Shown here one piece after another: positions 6,301 to 10,704 of a stretch of 10,704 nt of DNA. Every line of letters begins with the position of its first letter. Position 1 is the first letter of the stretch. The notes beneath the pieces are model-generated. The model had not been told where the DNA came from and did no database searches. It saw only the letters and a list, made by a program, of their open reading frames with translations. The DNA comes from a virus. The DNA lies in IMG/VR virus record IMGVR_UViG_3300029266_000643. The stretch is one strand, 5' to 3'. A program made the position numbers and the translations under genes.

Positions 6301-6326
6301 TATTTTTTCCTTTCTCATAACACCTT

Positions 6327-6356
6327 ATAATACGAATAAATATACATACAAGTCAA
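6327..6356 (-). promoter_or_regulatory. sigma70-like promoter (module copy 2)
   Basis: Complement: AAAATAAGTC-TTGACT (6356-6351) - 18 nt - TATTAT (6332-6327) then AAGGTGTTATGAGA. Confidence 0.75.
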
Positions 6357-6364
6357 GACTTATT

Positions 6365-6799
6365 TTAACTTTTTTCAATATTTTTTTTGACTCTGGCATA
6401 TATCTTACTAGAAGCTTCCATTTGTTTTTGAGTTAAAGTCTTTCGAGATTTGACTTGTTCTATAAGACTCTTAATAAAATGCACACTACTAGCTTTGTAA
6501 CCATCTGTCCAATCAGTATCTGATATTAGGTTCTCAACCATCATAAGTTTAGGGATAACCTTATCAACCCACTCTTCACGTTTTAACATTTCATCAGGAG
6601 AGTTAGCCCTAATAATCTTATCAATAGCAGCTTCCATCTTTTCGGTAATCTTCCTACCACTAATGAGAGCTACATACATATCAGAGGTAAACTCATGAGA
6701 TTTGCCTGAACCAAGAACTTGATTTTCGATAATCTTTTTTAGTGCAATTATCTGAACACCAAATTGTTCTTGATTTCTTTCTATCCAATCTTGACTCAT
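6365..6799 (-). CDS. Hypothetical protein (start re-assigned from 6823 to 6799)
   Basis: MSQDWIERNQEQFGVQIIALKKIIENQ...; TAATG overlap with the upstream gene's stop supports ATG at 6799. Confidence 0.75.
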   Translation of the reverse strand: MSQDWIERNQEQFGVQIIALKKIIENQVLGSGKSHEFTSDMYVALISGRKITEKMEAAIDKIIRANSPDEMLKREEWVDKVIPKLMMVENLISDTDWTDGYKASSVHFIKSLIEQVKSRKTLTQKQMEASSKIYARVKKNIEKS

Positions 6800-7173
6800 T
6801 ATAAGTACCTTGGGCCTGTCCAACTAAACCAATTAGTTTCTGAAGAAAAGATAGTACCCCTTACGTGTTTAGCAGGAGCAGCCCAACCAGCAGCTTTAAA
6901 TACATCACCAACAAAGTAAGGTATACCTTTTAAGGCACCATCTGTTTTAGCGATGAATCCCCATACCGAAGAACCTTGAATAACCTTATCATACTTCTTA
7001 CCTGACTTAACACGAAGTCTATTGTTGAACTCATCAATCATTTGTAGTCTTCTATTTTTTTGTGGTTCTTTTAAATCATTGGGATGAGAACCCCAACCTG
7101 CGTAATTCACTTTGATATTTTCCAGTAGTTTGTCTACTGAAGAATTATATTTTATTTTGTTTTCTGTGTTCAT
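6799..7173 (-). CDS. Hypothetical phage protein, 124 aa
   Basis: MNTENKIKYNSSVDKLLENIKVNYAGWGSHPNDLKEPQKNRRL...PAKHVRGTIFSSETNWFSWTGPRYL; SD AAGGGAAA upstream; preceded by the promoter at 7200-7229. Confidence 0.8.
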   Translation of the reverse strand: MNTENKIKYNSSVDKLLENIKVNYAGWGSHPNDLKEPQKNRRLQMIDEFNNRLRVKSGKKYDKVIQGSSVWGFIAKTDGALKGIPYFVGDVFKAAGWAAPAKHVRGTIFSSETNWFSWTGPRYL

Positions 7174-7199
7174 AGTTTATTTCCCTTTTGTTATATCTA

Positions 7200-7229
7200 A
7201 TAATACAAAAGAAAAGTAATACAAGTCAA
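7200..7229 (-). promoter_or_regulatory. sigma70-like promoter (module copy 3)
   Basis: Complement: AAATAAGTC-TTGACT (7229-7224) - 18 nt - TATTAT (7205-7200). Confidence 0.75.
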
Positions 7230-7241
7230 GACTTATTTTAA

Positions 7242-8141
7242 TTATTTTTGTCTTTCAAAACCACCCTTTTCTATTCTTATCTTTTTTAAGATTGGTTCTG
7301 TGGGTTCTTTTTTATCAACTGCTTTGACATCTACTACAGGAGCTTCTTCTACGATGGGTTCTTCTTTTTTCTTTTCACCATATACTTCCCACCATTTCTT
7401 TTTCTTTTCAGCCACCACAACCTGTTCATCTTCTTCTTCTGAATATTGTAATGCTACGTTGTAACTAATAACAAACATAACAGCCATCGGGTCAAACACA
7501 AAGATAAGCACAAAGATAAAGAACTTAACTACGGTATCTACATCGGTATCGAATGTTCTAGCCAAATAAATAACAGGACCAACATCAACACCAGTCTGAA
7601 CTAATGCAGTTTTTAAAGTTCCTATTTCACCTTTAAGTTCAATCATCTGTTTATTGACTTCTGTTATTTGAGGTTGGTAATCTTCTCTGAGTTTTCTACG
7701 AGCAGTTCTAAAGTTATCAGGTAACTCTTTGATAGCAATACTTAACTCCTCTTTTAGAAACTCTTTGTCTTCTTTTAATTGTTCTAACCTATCTTCTTTG
7801 AATATTAGTGCAGTAGATTCTTTTTCAAACTCTACTGTAGCACCTTGATACGCATTTGATAAGAAACCAAAGATACCAGCTGATGTTATTAGTATAAGAA
7901 TAACAGTAGCTAAAGACATATAAAATTTTTGTAGAAAGTTTATCTTATCCCAATATCTATATAAGAACGAAGCAGCTACCAACTTACCAAACTCTAATGA
8001 ACTAGCCATTATGATTACAGCAAATGTAGCACCCGCAAATAATTTTGACAACCCAAAAACCGAAAAGAAAGCAGCACTACCAGCTATAAGAAGCGCAGAC
8101 AGTCCTACTAACCTTGGAAATGATTTAGATTTTTCAAACAC
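7242..8141 (-). CDS. Multi-TM protein with central coiled coil, 299 aa, GTG start
   Basis: About four hydrophobic segments (LSALLIAGSAAFFSVFG; AGATFAVIIMASSLEFGKLV; FYMSLATVILILITSAGIFGFL; VVKFFIFVLIFVFDPMAVMFVI) flanking a charged helical region; SD AGGAGAG before GTG at 8141. Confidence 0.85.
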   Translation of the reverse strand: MFEKSKSFPRLVGLSALLIAGSAAFFSVFGLSKLFAGATFAVIIMASSLEFGKLVAASFLYRYWDKINFLQKFYMSLATVILILITSAGIFGFLSNAYQGATVEFEKESTALIFKEDRLEQLKEDKEFLKEELSIAIKELPDNFRTARRKLREDYQPQITEVNKQMIELKGEIGTLKTALVQTGVDVGPVIYLARTFDTDVDTVVKFFIFVLIFVFDPMAVMFVISYNVALQYSEEEDEQVVVAEKKKKWWEVYGEKKKEEPIVEEAPVVDVKAVDKKEPTEPILKKIRIEKGGFERQK

Positions 8142-8178
8142 AATTCTCTCCTATTTATTAGTAATAAATATTAAAAAC

Positions 8179-8343
8179 CTATTTTATGTCTGTAAATTCT
8201 GCATCTCGAATAGTATCACACATATAGTATGTATCACCATTTCTAAGAACGGTATCGACATTATTGTATCTTTTTTTTAATTCTTCTGTACCACCAGAAG
8301 CCTCTGCAACCTGAGCCAATACCGTTCCTCGAATAATGTACAT
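8179..8343 (-). CDS. Small hypothetical protein, 54 aa (not in ORF track)
   Basis: Hand translation: MYIIRGTVLAQVAEASGGTEELKKRYNNVDTVLRNGDTYYMCDTIRDAEFTDIK*; fills the gap between neighbours but has no clear SD. Confidence 0.5.
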   Translation of the reverse strand: MYIIRGTVLAQVAEASGGTEELKKRYNNVDTVLRNGDTYYMCDTIRDAEFTDIK

Positions 8344-8369
8344 AATATCATTAACTGTGATAAGTTTTT

Positions 8370-8831
8370 TTATGATATTTTCACCATTTTCTTTTTAGGA
8401 AGTTCTGGCTCTTTCTTAGGAATTGATATTGATAACATACCATCTTTAAATGATGCACTAATATCCTCACCATCTAAATGGTCACCTAAGTTAAAAGACC
8501 TTTTAAACGAAGAATGTTTTAATTCTCTCGTTATACATTTAGCACTATCGCCTTCAAACCCATGTTTATCACCTGAAATAGTCAGTAGGTTTTGTTCAAC
8601 TTCTACTGTTACATTCTTCTTATCTAATCCTGGAATCTCTGCCATAATACCAATTTTATCATCGTATTCATAGATATTCACTTTGGGATAAGCTCCTTGA
8701 TTAAACGATACACCAACTTCTTCTTGAAAAGCAGGAAACTGCTTACTCATCATTTGGTCGAATATTTTATCGAATGGGGTTAAAAATTCATCTCTGTTGA
8801 GATGCTGTGGGTTAACTAATAATCTAGTCAT
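8370..8831 (-). CDS. Small heat-shock protein, Hsp20/alpha-crystallin family
   Basis: YPKVNIYEYDDKIGIMAEIPGLDKKNVTVEVEQNLLTISGDK...RSFNLGDHLDGEDISASFKDGMLSISIPKKEP is a typical alpha-crystallin domain; SD CAGGAGAAATACAATG. Confidence 0.93.
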   Translation of the reverse strand: MTRLLVNPQHLNRDEFLTPFDKIFDQMMSKQFPAFQEEVGVSFNQGAYPKVNIYEYDDKIGIMAEIPGLDKKNVTVEVEQNLLTISGDKHGFEGDSAKCITRELKHSSFKRSFNLGDHLDGEDISASFKDGMLSISIPKKEPELPKKKMVKIS

Positions 8832-8871
8832 TGTATTTCTCCTGTGTTGTTTACTATTTAGTCAAACACCA

Positions 8872-8892
8872 ATGTCCTCTTCTGAGCGACAT
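8872..8892 (-). promoter_or_regulatory. Possible leader hairpin upstream of hsp20
   Basis: Complement ATGTC(G)CTC-AGAA-GAGGACAT: 8 bp with one bulged G and a tetraloop, about 40 nt upstream of the ATG. Confidence 0.35.
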
Positions 8893-8943
8893 CAGTAACT
8901 TCTATAATATATATCGTGTAAATTAATAAAAACGTATTATTTT

Positions 8944-9420
8944 TTAAACTTCTAATCCTCTTCTGAACCAACCAAAATAGAATTTCTCCAAATCTGGTTT
9001 ACGGGTTACCAAGTCAGCATAGTATTTAATTCTGTAAGCTCTAACTCTATCCAACTCTACATTAGATACAGCAGCTATAGTCATCGGACCTAATCCACCA
9101 TCTACTTTTAAGTTAGCACCTTTAGCATTGGCTGAACGTTGTAGAATCTTAACGGCTCTACCTCTACCTTGATTTACACACATATCAAAATAAATATGTT
9201 TTAATTGGTCTGGCATATCATCAACTTTATTTTTTAGCCAATAGACTTCGTAGTATATTTGTGAAGCACCTTCTTTTGTAAGGTTAGCAATATCCACATC
9301 AGGATGACTACGTTTAGCTATACCAAAATTAGTCTCTCCACCTGGATCGTCAGGATCGTTTACATACCCACCTTCGTGTTCTAATACTACTTCTATTATA
9401 TCATCAAATTCTCTTAACAT
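8944..9420 (-). CDS. Endolysin, glycoside hydrolase family 108-like (N-acetylmuramidase)
   Basis: EHEGGYVNDPDDPGGETNFGIAKRSHPDVDIANLT...YWLKNKVDDMPDQLKHIYFDMCVNQG...DGGLGPMT matches the GH108 catalytic EGGY/TNFGI pattern plus a C-terminal peptidoglycan-binding region. Confidence 0.9.
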   Translation of the reverse strand: MLREFDDIIEVVLEHEGGYVNDPDDPGGETNFGIAKRSHPDVDIANLTKEGASQIYYEVYWLKNKVDDMPDQLKHIYFDMCVNQGRGRAVKILQRSANAKGANLKVDGGLGPMTIAAVSNVELDRVRAYRIKYYADLVTRKPDLEKFYFGWFRRGLEV

Positions 9421-9429
9421 TATTTTCTC

Positions 9430-10083
9430 CTATTTCTTACTACTGATTACTAACTTATCTGATACTTGCGCTGATAGTACAGATTGTATAGTAAAGTATA
9501 GTGATGGATTACGTTTTAATAATTCTTTAAAGTCTCTTTGTTTCCAAACCAGACATTGTGTTTCGTGTTTAACCTTACACGTAGCAGTTGCAACCTTCTC
9601 TGTAAGAAATGACATCTCACCAACAAACTCACCATCTCTTAAATCTGCTATTCTTTTATTATCAACAAGCACATCTACAGTTCCATTGTATATTAAATAT
9701 AAATCCGGCACAGGCATTCTTTGTGTGATAAGTTTCGTGCCAGGTTTTAAGGTTAACCATTGAGCTGCTCTACTAATTTTAAGATACTCAACAGGAGTCA
9801 TATCTTTGAAGAGAGTAGAATACAACTCTTCATTCTTATCATCCATTTTAATCCGCCGTTTCTCATATAATATAATTCCTATATGATATAGATTGACAGC
9901 AATAAAAATTCCATTCCAAAAGATAGCAATAATCATTGGTTCTGTTGGAATAAAATAATTGTAAAATATTGAAAAACAACTAGCAGTTATCGACACTATT
10001 CTCAACCAAAATATATCTTTGACTAAGAATGAAAGTGCGATTAAACCAAATGCTAAATGTCCTGTTAAGTCTCCGATATTCAT
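9430..10083 (-). CDS. Three-TM protein with C-terminal Popeye/cyclic-nucleotide-binding-like domain
   Basis: TM segments GHLAFGLIALSFLVKDIFW, LRIVSITASCFSIFYNYF, MIIAIFWNGIFIAVNLYHIGIILY, then EELYSTLFKDMTPVEYLKISRAAQWLTLKPGTKLITQ...DLYLIYNGTVDVLVDNKRIADLRDGEFVGEMSFLTEKVATATCKV. The order matches POPDC-like proteins and the cNMP-binding beta-roll (GEMSFL cassette). Confidence 0.8.
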   Translation of the reverse strand: MNIGDLTGHLAFGLIALSFLVKDIFWLRIVSITASCFSIFYNYFIPTEPMIIAIFWNGIFIAVNLYHIGIILYEKRRIKMDDKNEELYSTLFKDMTPVEYLKISRAAQWLTLKPGTKLITQRMPVPDLYLIYNGTVDVLVDNKRIADLRDGEFVGEMSFLTEKVATATCKVKHETQCLVWKQRDFKELLKRNPSLYFTIQSVLSAQVSDKLVISSKK

Positions 10084-10301
10084 TTATCTTGACCAAGACC
10101 ATTTGGTGGTATCATACAATCTTCTTCTGTAAGTCCAGTAGATTCTAAACTTTCTTGGTCTTTCATATACTTAGAAAATTTTATCATAATCATCCCAGCT
10201 ATAGTAGACCTAGCGGTAAGGCTATTCCAATCTGCCATTTTATGTGCATCTAAGGAACTTTCTATCATTACTCTTAGCTCTACTAAATGTTTCTTTTTCA
10301 T
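10080..10301 (-). CDS. Hypothetical protein, 73 aa
   Basis: ORF with ATGA overlap to its downstream gene and a 1-nt overlap with its upstream gene. Confidence 0.75.
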   Translation of the reverse strand: MKKKHLVELRVMIESSLDAHKMADWNSLTARSTIAGMIMIKFSKYMKDQESLESTGLTEEDCMIPPNGLGQDK

Positions 10302-10615
10302 TAGTCATTCTTTTTCTTAGAATGTCTAAACCAGAAGTCTATTGTTTTACCAAAAGTAGCAATAAATGTACCTAAGATAATGTTTAATAAATCTCTGTGT
10401 TGTTCATCCAAACTTAATACTGGATGAAATAGTAAACTCAATACCCAATATAGTATAGCAAACATACCAACTGTAATGCTAAACTGCATCCAATCAGGTA
10501 ATCCATCTCCACCATGCATTACATCAGGACCTGTAAGCCACTCCATTGGTTTTTTCTTTTTAACATCTCCATGCTCACAAGCTGGACATTTATGTTGTAA
10601 ATTAGTATCAGGCAT
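10301..10615 (-). CDS. Small membrane protein with N-terminal CxxC, candidate holin-like
   Basis: HKCPACEHGD...; hydrophobic segments MQFSITVGMFAILYWVLSLLF and LLNIILGTFIATFGKTIDFWF followed by RHSKKKND; near the endolysin gene. Confidence 0.6.
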   Translation of the reverse strand: MPDTNLQHKCPACEHGDVKKKKPMEWLTGPDVMHGGDGLPDWMQFSITVGMFAILYWVLSLLFHPVLSLDEQHRDLLNIILGTFIATFGKTIDFWFRHSKKKND

Positions 10616-10645
10616 TATAATCTCCGTTTACTAATAAATATTAAG

Positions 10646-10704
10646 TTATTTGATTTTTCGTTTCTTATACTTACGTTTAGGTTTAATTGCTTCTGGCACA
10701 AATC
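10646..10704 (-). CDS. C-terminal fragment of a protein truncated by the window edge
   Basis: Complement frame ...FVPEAIKPKRKYKKRKIK* (TAA at 10648-10646); upstream part outside the window. Confidence 0.45.
   Translation of the reverse strand, partial: FVPEAIKPKRKYKKRKIK

Noticed and set aside
8011-8280. Plus-strand 89-aa ORF
   Set aside because: Antisense to the multi-TM gene and a small ORF; no independent support.
1-10704. CRISPR array, IS element or multi-gene defence island
   Set aside because: No regularly spaced direct repeats, transposase or terminal inverted repeats were seen. The DruA-like gene is not accompanied by recognisable Druantia helicase or nuclease genes in this window.

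Overview
This window looks like a segment of an AT-rich tailed-phage genome, probably a marine T4-like myovirus. Every supported gene is on the minus strand and the genes are tightly packed, often with TAATG or ATGA overlaps. Recognisable content: the N-terminal 256 aa of a DUF4338/DruA-like protein (truncated by the window edge), tRNA-Gly(UCC), and a complete one-piece tmRNA (ssrA) missed by the ORF track, where a spurious 63-aa ORF covers it. Also present: a peptide deformylase with a C-terminal SEC-C zinc motif, a 3D-domain-like anchored protein, a mini-protein with a SWIM-type zinc finger, a multi-TM coiled-coil protein, a small heat-shock protein (Hsp20), a GH108-type endolysin, and a 3-TM protein with a Popeye/cNMP-binding-like domain. 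Several small membrane or zinc-ribbon proteins accompany these. Most notable: (1) the phage one-piece tmRNA with an inferred tag APIQNDQPTYAYTA; (2) the Popeye-like membrane cyclic-nucleotide-binding-fold protein; (3) the DruA-like protein; (4) the PDF-SEC-C fusion; (5) three near-identical sigma70-like promoter modules, each with an exact 18-nt spacer, which also re-assign two start codons; (6) four small ORFs below the track's length cut-off. No CRISPR array, integrase or transposon was seen. All homology calls are motif recognition by eye, with no database search.
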